Under the pieces are notes generated by a model. The model was not told where the DNA came from and did no database searches. It saw only the letters and a list, made by a program, of their open reading frames with translations. From assembly GCF_009914755.1 (NCBI RefSeq), contig NC_060927.1: a DNA stretch of 64,000 nucleotides; one strand, given 5' to 3'. This DNA is from the human T2T-CHM13v2.0 reference genome, Homo sapiens. The position numbers were made by a program, and so were the translations under genes. Below, one piece after another: positions 23,900-35,127 of this stretch (positions within the stretch are counted from its first letter, which is position 1; each line of letters starts with the position of its first letter).

Positions 23900-26661
23900 T
23901 AATCACAAAGAAAGAAAAAGAAAAATAATAAATATGAGTAGATAATGAAATTAAATAAATAATATGAAATAAAGAGTTGGCTTTTTGAAAAGACTAATAA
24001 AGGCCGGGCGTGGTGGCTCAAGCCTGTAATCCCAGCACTTTGGGAGGCTGAGGTGGGCAGATCACCTGAGGTCAGCAGTTTGAGACCAGCCCGGCCAACA
24101 TGGTAAAACCCTGTCTCTACTGAAAATACAAAAATTAGCCAAGTGTGATGGCATGTGCCTGTAGTCCCAGCTACTCGGGAGGCTGAGGCAGGGGAATCAC
24201 TTCAACCTGGGAGGTGAAGGTTGCAGTGAGCCGAGATTGTACCATTGCACTCCAGCTTGGGCGACAGAGAGAGACTCCATCTCAAAAAAAAAAACAAAAA
24301 ACAAAAAACAAACAAACAAACAAAAAATCAAAAAACTAAGCATAGCAAGATTAATAAAGAACAAACCAAAGGAAGAAATAATCATTTGAAATTTTAAACT
24401 AGGGAGAATATGTAAAGGCAGCAGAAATTTAAAAATGAGTAGAATTTTATATCAACTTTAGGACAAAGATATAAACAAAATGGAGAGTTTTCTAGACAAC
24501 TATAACTTAATTTATTCAAAGTGGTTCAGAAATAAATTTTTAAGACCCACATAGACCTACAATTATTAAACTAATTAATATCTTTTTAAAAATCTCATTT
24601 AAAAGAGAAAAATAATTTTGTAGGTGATTTCTATCAGACATTAAAGAAAAATGTAATTTTAATTTTTAATGATGTGTCAGTTCATTTATGCTATAGTTGC
24701 AAAAAATCTCACGTGTGTCAGTGATCTGCAACAACAAAGATTTATTTCTCATATAAATTGTGTATCCAATCCCAACGCTAATGCACGAGGAATACTCTCA
24801 GGGACAGAGAGAGTGTAAGTCAAATAATAACAGGTAGGGACACATAATCAATATACTCACAAGGAAAAGTGGTAGTCCAATCTACCAGATGAACTCTTCC
24901 ATGGAAGAGAAATAGATGGACTACTCTATAACATATTTTATGCGGTGAGAAAAACCTAGAAAGAAAATACCAACATGAACACGGACGCAAGGTTAAGTTG
25001 TAGTGCAATATCCTTCAAGAAGACACATGCAGACATTCTAAATAAAATATTAACAAGTCAAATGCATGCAGTACAGAAATTCAGAATGGTTTATCATGAC
25101 AAAATATATTAATATAATCAACAAAACTAATAGATAAAAAGAAAAAAGTGTATCTCAGTAACAGAAAAAGACTTTCTTAAAATTCACTGCTCACTTATGA
25201 TTAAAAACTCTAGGAATCTAGGAATAGAAAGTTCTTGAACCAGATATACCAAAAGAATAAAGAAACATTACACTTAATAATGAAATATTAGGTATAATGT
25301 CTTTAAAATCAGAAACAAAACAAAGGTACTTATCAGTCTTTTTTTAAATTGTTTTATGGATCTAGCCAGCAAGCACAGCACGAAATAAATAATAGGAAAT
25401 TTCTAAAGCAAGAAACAAATCTGGCATTATTTGCCAGAATATGATGCTCTACATAACAAAATCAAGAGACTTAACAATTATTATAACTAATAATTTTAGC
25501 AAGATTGCTTTATAACAGACCAACAAACAAAATTAGTTTAATGTCAATACTTCAGCAACAAACTGGTCCATAAAATAAATTTTTAAAGTATTTAATTTAG
25601 AATAACTTCCAAAAGTAAAAATTATCTTGAAATAAATTTTAAAAAATGGGTGTCATAATGATGCACAGCATTTGAAATATTTTATTGAAAGAAATTAAAG
25701 ATGTACATAAGTAGAGATAATTTCAAAGACATGGAAATTCAATATTGTGAAGATGGCAGTTTCCTCAAAATTAATCTATGCATTCAACATAACTCAGATG
25801 ATGTTTCACCAAAGTTTTGTTTTGTTTTCATTTTTTATAGTGTAGCAAGCTCATTATAAAATTAGCATGGAAAACAAATTACTAAGAGTCATAATGACAG
25901 TTTTAGAGAACATGGTAAATTACATGGGTATTGAGTAAGCATGTAACAGTACCTGCCACATGTGTTTGCCAGATTAGATGAAGGATTTCTACAAATCAAT
26001 AAAGAAAAATAAAAATTAATCTAGTATAAAATGTCAAAAGATATGAACAGGCAGTAGATAAAAAAGGTAAATAAACTGGTAAATATTAAATGTGAATAGA
26101 TGCTCAATCTCAGTAGCAAAGAGGGATGTGCAAATGAAAACTAACTTTAGATATTACTTCAAATCTCTGAAAATAGTGTTTTGATAAGAATAATAAATAA
26201 GATTTTTTTTATTCCACTGGGGAAGGCAACTACTAAGAGCAATTAGCAATATCTAGCAAATCTGATGAGTTTATTATACCTGCTACTCAGAAAGCACGTT
26301 ATAGGTATATACAGCAAAGAAATGATCATACACTTTCATAAGGAGACATTTTTAAAATAGCAACAATAGAAAAATATATTAACAACTTAAATGTTTATCA
26401 AAAGAACAGGTAAATAAAATTTGACATTATCATATATCAAATGTTAAATGACAGTGAAAATGAATTCTTAGCAACTGAAAATTCATTATGGATAAATCAC
26501 AAATATGTTAGGCAAAGACCTATATACTCAGTGATTTCATTTATATAGAAATGGAAACATTCAAAATGAGTCTATATACTACATAGGAATACATACACAT
26601 TTAGCAAAAATGTAAAGAAATAAATGAGATTGATAAATAATAAAATTGTATTAATAGTTTC
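23900..26661 (+). mobile_element. Ancient L1M ORF2/3' remnant, host of the HERV-H insertion (resumes ~32268-32390)
   Basis: Decayed ORF2-like text: TCAATATTGTGAAGATGGCAGTTTCCTCAAAATTAATCTATGCATTCAA, AAAAGATATGAACAGGCA. Confidence 0.65.
24002..24330 (+). mobile_element. AluS with A/AAAC tail
   Basis: GGCCGGGCGTGGTGGCTC...GAGACTCCATCTCAAAAA. Confidence 0.96.
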
Positions 26662-27061
26662 TTTCATGCGCGTCCCTGTGAAGAGACCACCAAACAGGAT
26701 TTGTGTGAGCAATAAAGCTTTTAATCACCTGGGTGCAGGCAGGCTGAGTCCAAAAAGAGTCAGTGAAGGGAGATAGGGGTGGGGCTGTTTTATAGGATTT
26801 GGGTAGGTAAAGGAAAAAGGGGGGTTGTTCTCTGGCGGGCAGGAGTGGGGGTCACAAGGTGCTCAGTAGGGGAGCTTTTGAGCCAGGATGAGCCAGGAGA
26901 AGGAATTTCACAAGATAATGTCATCAGTTAAGGCAGGAACAGGCCATTTTCACTTCCTTTGTGGTAGAATGTCATCAGTTAAGGCAGGAACCGGCCATCT
27001 GGATGTGTATGTGCAGGTCACAGGGGATATGATGGCTTAGCTTGGGCTCAGAGGCCTGACA
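26662..27061 (-). mobile_element. HERV-H 3' LTR (LTR7)
   Basis: Preceded on the minus strand by PPT AATATAAGAAGACAGGAA; TATAAAA and ATTAAA signals. Confidence 0.95.
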
Positions 27062-28371
27062 TTCCTGTCTTCTTATATTAATAAGAAAAGTAAAATGAAA
27101 TAGTGGTAAAGCGTTGGGATGGTGAAAATTTTTGGGGGGTGGTATGGAGAGATAATGGGCAATGTTTCTCAGGGCTGCTTCGAGTGGGATTAGGGGCGGC
27201 GTGGGAACCTAGAGTGGGAGAGATTAAGCTGAAGGAAGATTTTGTGGTAAGGGGTGATATTGTGGGGTTGTTAGAAGGAATATTTGTCATTTAGAATTAT
27301 TGGTGATGGCCTGGATACGGTTTTGTATGAATTGAAAAACGGAATAAGAGAAGGAGAAAAACAGGTATTAAAGGTCTAAGAATTGGGAGGACCTAGGACA
27401 TTTAGAGAGTGCCTAAGGAGGTTCAGCATAGCTTTGCCAGCAAAGATTATTTATTTACTTTAAGAGTTAAGAGTGGCGGTTTGGGGATAGCACCAGGAGA
27501 TATCAGCTGTGATCGCTTGGAGAAACAGTGTAAACTGACAGTGTAAACAAGAGCAGGGCATGTATGAGTAGTTGAGAACGGTGAATAGGAGTATGACTAG
27601 ACAGAAGATAGTAGGGATGACAAGTTTTTTGGGGCAGAGTCCAAGTTGGTCTGGTGTCTGGAATGAGACCGGGGCCTAATAAAAAGGAGTGTCTATACAG
27701 GAGCTCAAATGGGCTGTACCTTGTAGCATTCTGAGGACAGGCCTGAATTCTGAGAAGGGAAAGTGGTAAAAGTATTGTCCTGTCCTTTTTAAGTTGGTGG
27801 CTGAGCTTGGTGAGGTGTGTTTTTAAAAGACCATTAGTCTGTTCTACCTTTCCTGAAGACTGACGACTGTAAGGGATATAAAGGTTTCATTGAATACTAA
27901 GAGACTGAAAAAATTCTTGGCTGATTTGACTAATAAAGCCCGGTCTGCTATCGGACTGTATAGAGGTGGGAAGGCCAAACCAAGGAATTACGTCTGACAG
28001 AGGGAAGAAATGGCCGTGGTGGCCTTCTTAGACCCTGTGGGAAAGGCCTCTACCTATCCAATGAAAGTGTCTACCTAGACCAAGAGGTATTTTAGTTTCC
28101 TGACTCGGGGCATGTCGAGTAAAGCTAATTTGCCAGTCCTGGGCAGGGGCAAATCCCTGAGCTTGATGTGTAGGAAGGGAGGGGGCCGAATGATCCCTGA
28201 GAAGTAGTAGAATAGCAGATGGAACACTGAGAAGTTATTTCTTTGAGGATAGATTTCCACGATGGAAAGGAAATGAGAGGTTCTAAGAGGCAGGCTAGTG
28301 GCTTGTACTATAGCATAGCCTGCCTTTGCTGGTGTGTGCCGATTAGGCCTGGTGGAACTGCCATCAATAAA

Positions 28372-29432
28372 CTAAGTGTGATCAGGGTGAGGAACAGGGA
28401 AGAAGGAAATGTGGGGAAATGAGGTGAACGTCAGGTGGCTCAGAGAGATGCAGTCATGAGGTTCAGGTGCGGTATCAGGAATAATGTGGGAGGCCGGATT
28501 GAAGTCCGGGCCAGGAACAATGGTAATTGTGGGAGACTCAACAAAGAGTGAGTATAGCTGAAGGAGCTGGGGAGAAGAAAATATATGCATCAGGTGGGAG
28601 GAAGAAAATAGATTTTGGAAGTTATGAGAACTGTAGAGAGTGAGTTGAGCATACTTTGTGATTTTTAGGGCCTCTAACAGTATTAAAGCAGTGGCAGCCA
28701 CTGCACACAGACATGAGGGCTAGGCTAAAACAGTAAGGTCAAGTTGTTTGGACAGAAAGGCTACAGGGTGCGGTCCTGGCTCTTGTGTAAGAATTCTGAC
28801 TGCACTAACCATGCCTAGGAAGGAAAGGAGTTGTTGTTTTGTAGAAGGGGTTGGGGTTTGGGAGATTAGCCGGACACGATCAGCAGGGAGAGCACATGTG
28901 TTGTTATGAGAATTACGCCAAGATAGGTAACAGAGGAGGAAGAAATTTGGTCTTGACTGAAGTAATGGGGGCTGTCTGTGAAGACTTGCGGCAGTACAGC
29001 CCAGGTAACTTGCTGAGCCTGATGGGTGTCAGGGTCAGTCCAAGTGAAAGCCAAGAGAGGCTGGGATGAAGGGTGCAAAGGAATAGTAAGGAAAGCATGT
29101 TTGAGATCTAGAACAGAATAATGGGTTGTGGAGGGAGGTATTGAGGATAGGAAAGTATACGGGTTTGGCACCACAGGGTGGATAGGCAAAACAATTTGGT
29201 TGATAAGGCACAGATCCTGAACTAACTTGTAAGGCTTGTCTGGTTTTAGGACAGGTAAAATGGGGGAATTGTAAGGAGAGTTTATAGGCTTTAAAAGGCC
29301 ATGCTGTAGCAGGCGAGTGATAACAGGCTTTAATCTTTTTAAAGCGTGCTGCGGGATGGGATATTGGCATTCAGTGGGGTAAGGGTGATTAGGTTTTAAT
29401 GAGATGGTAAGGGGTGCATGATCGGTCACCAA
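28372..29432 (-). pseudogene. HERV-H pol fragments (RT N-terminal part, RNase H region), frameshifted and deleted
   Basis: QYPIPQHALK.LKPVITRLLQHGLLKPINSPYNSPILPVLKPDKPYKLVQDL; YSVLDLKHAF; WAVLPQ.FTDSPHYF; no YxDD catalytic segment visible. Confidence 0.88.
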
Positions 29433-29450
29433 GGAGGGAGTAGAGGTATC

Positions 29451-29810
29451 TTATACTTGTGGGTTAAGGTGGGGGGATACAAGAGGAGGATGCAAAGGAG
29501 GCTTTGGATTGGGAAAAAGGGTGGCAATGAGATGTAGCTGTAGTCCAGGAATAGTCAGGGAAGCAGATAATTTAGTTGAAGTGACCCAGCCTAATAAGGG
29601 AACTGGGCAGGTGGGGATAATTATAAAGGAGTGCTTAAAAGAGTATTGTCTAAGTTGGCACCAGAGTTGGGGAGTTTTAAGAGGTTTAGAAGCCTGGCCG
29701 TCAATACTCACAACAGTTATGGAGGCAAGGGAAACAGGCCCTTGAAAAGAAGATAATGTGGAGTGGGTAGCCTCCATATTGATTAAGAAGGGGACGGACT
29801 TACCTTCCAC
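29451..29810 (-). pseudogene. HERV-H protease remnant
   Basis: EGKSVPFLINMEATHSTL (catalytic DTG degenerate); IIPTCPVPLLG. Confidence 0.8.
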
Positions 29811-31855
29811 TGTGAGAGTTACCTGAAGCTCGGCATCTGTGATGGTCTAGGGGGCTTCCGAGGCAATCAGGCAGCGTCAGTCTTCAGCCACTAAGCCGAG
29901 AAGATCTTGGAAGGAGTCAGTCAGAGAGCCTTGGGCCAGAGTTCCAGGGCCTCTGGGAGTGGCTGCCAGGTGAGTTGAACAGTCCGATTTCCAGTGGGAT
30001 CCCGCACAGATGGGACATGGCTTAGGAGGAATCCTGGGCGGCACGCATTCCTTGGCTCGATGGCCAGATTTTTGGCACTTGTAGCAAGCTCCTGGGGGAG
30101 GAGGTTCTGGAGGAACGCCTGGCCGCTGCAGTTCAGGCGTTTAGAAGTTCTTGTGTGCTGGAGATATGGCTGGGATTTGTCTCACAGTGGAGGCAAGGAA
30201 TTGCAACTTTTTTCTATTATTGTACACCTTGAAGGCAAGGTTAATTAAGTCCTGTTGTGGAGTTTGAGGGCTGGAATTTAATTTTTGGAGTTTTATTTAA
30301 TGTCGGGAGCAGATTGGGTAATAAAATGTATATTGAGAATAAGACAGCCTTTTAACCTCTTGGGGTCTAGGGCTCTAAAGCATCTCAGGGTTGCTGCCAA
30401 ACGGGCCATGAACTGGGCTAGATTTTTATATTTGATGAAAAAGAGCCTAAATGCTATCTGATTTGGGATAAAGAAAAAGGAGCATTAACCTTGACTATGC
30501 CTTTAGCTCCAGCCACCTTTTTAAGAGGAAATTGCTGGGCAGGTTGGGGAAGGCTAGTCGCGGAACGAAACTGTAAGCTGGACCGGGTGTGAGAAGGGGA
30601 GGTGATAAAAGGATTATAGGGTGGAGGAGCAGAGGCTGAGGAAGAACTGGGACTTAGCTCGGCCTGGCGAGGAGGGGAGAGGTCAGATAGGTCTGTAGAA
30701 AAGGAAGATTAGAAAGACTCAGGGAAGCTTGGGGTTGGGACTGAGGGGACAGGAGGGAGGGAAAGAAGGAAGATTTGGGACGAGTTGCATTGGGAACAGA
30801 GACTAGGAAGGGCCTAATGTGTAAAAGAATGCCTGGACGTCAGGCACCTCAGACCATTTGCCCATTTTACGACAAGAATTATTTAGATCTTGTAGGATGG
30901 AAAAATTGAAAGTGCCATTTTCTGGCTATTTGGAACTACTGTTGAGTTTGTATTGGGGTCAAGCGGCATTTCAGAAGAAAATAAGACACTTCTTAGATTT
31001 TAGGTCAGGTGAGAGTTGAAGAGGTTTTAAGTTCTTAAGAACACAGGCTAAGGGAGAAGAAGGAGGAATGGAAGGTGGAAGGTTGCCTATAGTGAAGGAT
31101 GCAAGTTTAAAGAGAAGGGTAGAGACACGGAGGGAAGGGGTTTGGGGGTTCTTACCCTCCAGAAAAGTGAGAAAGGGGTTGGGGCACAGAGATAAGAGAT
31201 CGGGGCATGGAAATAAGGGATCGGGGCACAGAGATAAGAGGTTGGGGCATGGAAATAAGGGATTGGGGGTTCTTGCCCCCTAGAAAAGCGGGACTTGCCA
31301 CTAAGGGTGAAGGAGAAGGGGTTGAGGGGTTCTTGCCCCTCCCTCAGAAAAGCAGAGAAGGGGTAGAGACACAGAGAGAAGGGGTTGGGGTACTTGCCCT
31401 TCCTCCAGAAAAGCGGGACTTGCCGCTAAGGATGAAGGACCAAGGCAGGTGTCCTTGCATGGTCTGACACCTCTGAAATGTGGGTGAATAATCAGAGAGG
31501 CATCCTTGCAATGATTAAACACCAAGGAAAGGCTGCCTTCCCAGTCTGCGACCAGCGCCAGAGTTTTGGGTCCACAGATAAAACGTGTCTCCTTTGTCTC
31601 TACTAGAAAATGAAGGGAATTGAAATTAAGAGAAGGGAGAGATTGAAGTGTGGTGCCAAGATTGGAAGGAGAAAGAGGTTGAGGGATAGTGAGGGAGGTT
31701 GGAGAAGAGAGTGAAAAGAGGCTGCTTACCGGATTTGAAATTGGTGAGATGTTTCTTGGGCTGGTTGGTCTGAGGACCTTAGGTCGTAGGTGGATCTTTC
31801 TCATGGAGCAAAGAGCAGGAGGACAGGGGATTGATCTCCTAAGGGAGGTCCGCCG

Positions 31856-31873
31856 ATCCGAGTCACGGCACCA
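31856..31873 (-). promoter_or_regulatory. Primer-binding site, tRNA-His
   Basis: TGGTGCCGTGACTCGGAT, 2 nt after the 5' LTR, complementary to the tRNA-His 3' end. Confidence 0.95.
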
Positions 31874-31875
31874 AA

Positions 31876-32267
31876 TTTCATGCGCGTCCCTGTGAAGAGA
31901 CCACCAAACAGGATTTGTGTGAGCAATAAAGCTTTTAATCACCTGGGTGCAGGCGGGCTGAGTCCAAAAAGAGAATCAGCAAAGTGAGATAGGGGTGGGG
32001 CTGTTTTATAGGATTTGGGTAGGAAAAGGAAAAAGGGGGGTTGTTCCCTGGCAGGCAGGAGTAGGGGTCACAAGGTGCTCAGTAGGGGAGCTTTTGAGCC
32101 AGGAGAGGGAATTTCACAAGATAATGTCATCAGTTAAGGCAGGAACAGGCCATTTTCACTTCTTTTGTGGTGGAATGTCATCAGTTAAAGCAGGAACCGG
32201 CCATCTGGATGTGAATGTGCAGGTCACAGGGGATATGATGGCTTAGCTTGGGCTCAGAGGCCTGACA
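31876..32267 (-). promoter_or_regulatory. HERV-H 5' LTR (LTR7) promoter
   Basis: LTR7 sequence adjacent to the PBS; TATA box CCTATAAAAC; duplicated AACTGATGACATT module. Confidence 0.92.
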
Positions 32268-32869
32268 GTTTCCTCTACAGGAAAAATTTGATTATTTTAC
32301 TTCTTAAATAGTGGGAATATGCATATTCTATTTATCTGTCTATCCTTTATGTAATTCTGCATGTCTGCAATGTTTCATAATGATTTAAATAATAAATGGA
32401 AATTTGGTAAGTATCTTTACATGAAGTTCTAAGTGAAAAAGAAAGTGAGAACAAAATTTGTGGAGCAGTGAAATCAATGGATTACTTGACCTCAAAACCA
32501 GTTTCACTCTCACCTCTGCCTCTGCCTCTGACTCTGACTAGCCTGTTTTGAAAACTTGATAACATTTTTCACCTCTTCAGGCATGTTTGAAAGGAGAGCA
32601 AGATCCAAGTATAGGCAAAGACTTTAACTTTTGATATAAGAAAATATTCTTCTAAGTTAGGAAAAAAACGACATAATTTTGATGAATATAGTTTGAACTG
32701 CCCAGCATAATATTTTAACTTTCTGACTAGAAGACACAATGAGACTATGCCATAAATAAATGGTTGTGTTTAAGTGTTATTTTCATTATGCTACAGTGAA
32801 CTTTGTGTGTGATTATTCTTTCTCATTTTTTAGGCCTGCACTATGTACTGCTAAGTCAATTTGTGGATT

Positions 32870-33870
32870 TAAGTAGCAGGTCAATTCTATCAAATGCTGC
32901 TGGGTCACTGAATAAATTGAGGACAATGGCAACAGGAAAGCTACCTCTGACCTTGACAAAGCAATTTCAATGGAGTAGGTAGGTGAATTAGGAAGCAAAG
33001 CTAAAGAAGCATTGAAAAGTAAAAGGAAAGTGAATGAAAAGAGATGATATGTGGAAGCAGTTTAGGGATGAAGAAGAAGAAAATTTAAGCTGGTAGCTGG
33101 AGAGCAATGAGGGATTCAGGGACGTTTTCTTGTTTTGTATTTAACGGAAATAGAAGAGGATGCTTTTATGCTGATTCAGTAGAAAGAGAAAAGTTGATGA
33201 TGTGGATGTTCTACAACTGCTTCAGATTCAACACTTCCAGTATTCAATTACTCATCATCCCACTTCTCTCCCCTCCCTTCAATCTGTCTATCCGGATTTC
33301 ATCCCCAAATCAATGTATAGATCCTCCACCTACAGTCTCCTAAGCCAAAAGTCACCACAGAGTGCCTCTTCTCTAGCATTTTCCATTTGCAGTCCATCGC
33401 TAAGTGCTACAAAATTTACCTTCTAAATTAAAAACAGTCTTCTCCTTTTCCCCATTCTAGTGCAAATGTACTGATTTAGACAATCACTCTCTCTCAGATG
33501 CATACATTTTATGGCTTCTATTTGATCTCCACCTCTAGTGATACTCTGTAAAATCTACCTTCTATGTTGTGCCAAATCACTCTCCAACACACATGTCAAT
33601 CACCTGCTTAAAATCCTCTTATGGTTTCCCAACAACTAACCCTAATCTCTAAGCTTAAAATTTTGGGACATTCTCTGAGTAGTCTTCAGCAATAGTTCTA
33701 CTTATATATCCTGGCACACCCTACACTGTTTCAAACCTCCAACTAACTCTTGGCTAAAACTGCCCCCATTTGACCTTCTTGCTATTTTTTAAAAATTCAG
33801 GTCAACAATCATCTACCCCTGGAAGTTTCTGCCTTCTCAGCGTCATCATCCTGAACCCTTTCTCTATGCT
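32870..33870. mobile_element. L2 remnants (both orientations)
   Basis: TCAAATGCTGCTG..GACCTTGACAAAGCAATTTCAATGGAG; CCTGCTTAAAATCCTCTTATGGTTTCCC. Confidence 0.55.
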
Positions 33871-33872
33871 TC

Positions 33873-34521
33873 TATGGTAGGCACAATCCTAATATGATCC
33901 CACAAGATTTTCTGCCTAATTCCCAGGACTGTGAATATGATAAGAATTCATTCAGATTATGTTAATTAATATAAGTAATTCTGCAGATGTAGTTAAAGTT
34001 ACTAATTAGTTGACTGTGAGTTAATAAAAGAAGAGATTATCTAGGTGGGACATAATCCAGTCACATGAGCCCTTTAAATAGCAAAGAGTTCTCTCTTGCT
34101 GGTGGCAGAAGAGGAAGTCAGTGAGAGTCCAAGAATGGGAAGGATTCAAAGCATCATTGCTGACTTAAAGAAATGGCATGGGACCACATGATAAAGAACA
34201 GGGCGGGCCTCTAGAAGCCAGAGTGACCCCCAGCTGACAGCCAACAAGGAAACAAAAACCTCAGGCCTACTGTACCACCACAAGGGACTAGATCCTGCGA
34301 GAAACTTGAATGAGCTGGGAAGTGGATTCTCTCCCAGACCTTCCAGATAAGAGCCCAGACTGTCTGATACCTTGATTTTTGGCCTTGTGAGACCCTAAGA
34401 AGACACTTCAATCAAGCTTGCTGAGACATATAACTTACAGAACTCCAAGATAGTACATACGTGCTGTTTTAAGGTGCTCAGTTTCTGGTGATTTGTCACA
34501 AAGCAATCAAAGACCAGTTCA
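33873..34521 (+). mobile_element. MLT1D/E MaLR LTR
   Basis: GGCCTCTAGAAGC..CAGCTGACAGCCAACAAGGAAAC..GAATGAGCTGGGAAGTGGATTCT. Confidence 0.8.
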
Positions 34522-34695
34522 ACTCCATAGCTTCATAATTATGTTGACTCCTTTGTACTTTATGCTTATAGTGGGTGCTTGCTTCCCAATTAGTTTGTGA
34601 GCTTTTTAGGATAGAAAATATGTGTTAAGTGACGTTTGTATTCCCGGCATGTATTAATAACACAGTACTTGGCCCAACACATTTGAGGGGGATTA

Positions 34696-35127
34696 CTGTC
34701 AATTGAGTCCATGGGAAGAAAACATTGAGATAGAGTTTTGATTGGAGTGCAAGGAGTTCATGGGGGGCAGGGAGGACAGAGGTAACATCCGTGAAAGATA
34801 AAAAGCAGAAGAAGCTGAACTGACCATTGAACGCTTCCAGCCTGTAATACAGATCTACAACCCAGAGCAATGAATCTGGAGCTCCAGAACAATGAGTACC
34901 CATGAGAGGAGTCCCACGTTGGGCAGAAATGGCCAGGTCTAGAGTATCCCCATCCAGTAATTGGCTGGGGGCTGCCCAGAAAGATCATTGTCTTGGCTTG
35001 AAAGCTGAGGTGAATCCTGAAGGTGCTAACAGCTGGAAGCTGTCAGCTAACTGCACTTCTTTCAGGTGAATATGCAAGTTCTTCCTGGAAGAAAAATCTA
35101 AGCAGCACACATCGACAGCCGCCACTG
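34696..35127 (-). mobile_element. Old ERVL LTR (LTR33/40/41-like)
   Basis: GAGTCCATGGGAAGAAAACATTGAGATAGAGTT..TGCAAG; GGAGCTCCAGA..GAGGAGTCCCACGTTGGGCAGAAATGGCCAGG. Confidence 0.5.

Larger units (their letters stand above)
26662..32267 (-). mobile_element. HERV-H provirus, common deleted ~5.6-kb form with two LTR7
   Basis: Two ~400-bp LTRs TGTCAGGCCTCTGAGCCCAAGC...TGAAA; perfect 5-bp TSD GTTTC (26657-61 and 32268-72); His PBS; PPT; pro/pol peptides. Confidence 0.97.

Noticed and set aside
31301-31942. 213-aa ORF
   Set aside because: Spans HERV-H U5/PBS/leader; a common non-coding frame, not gag
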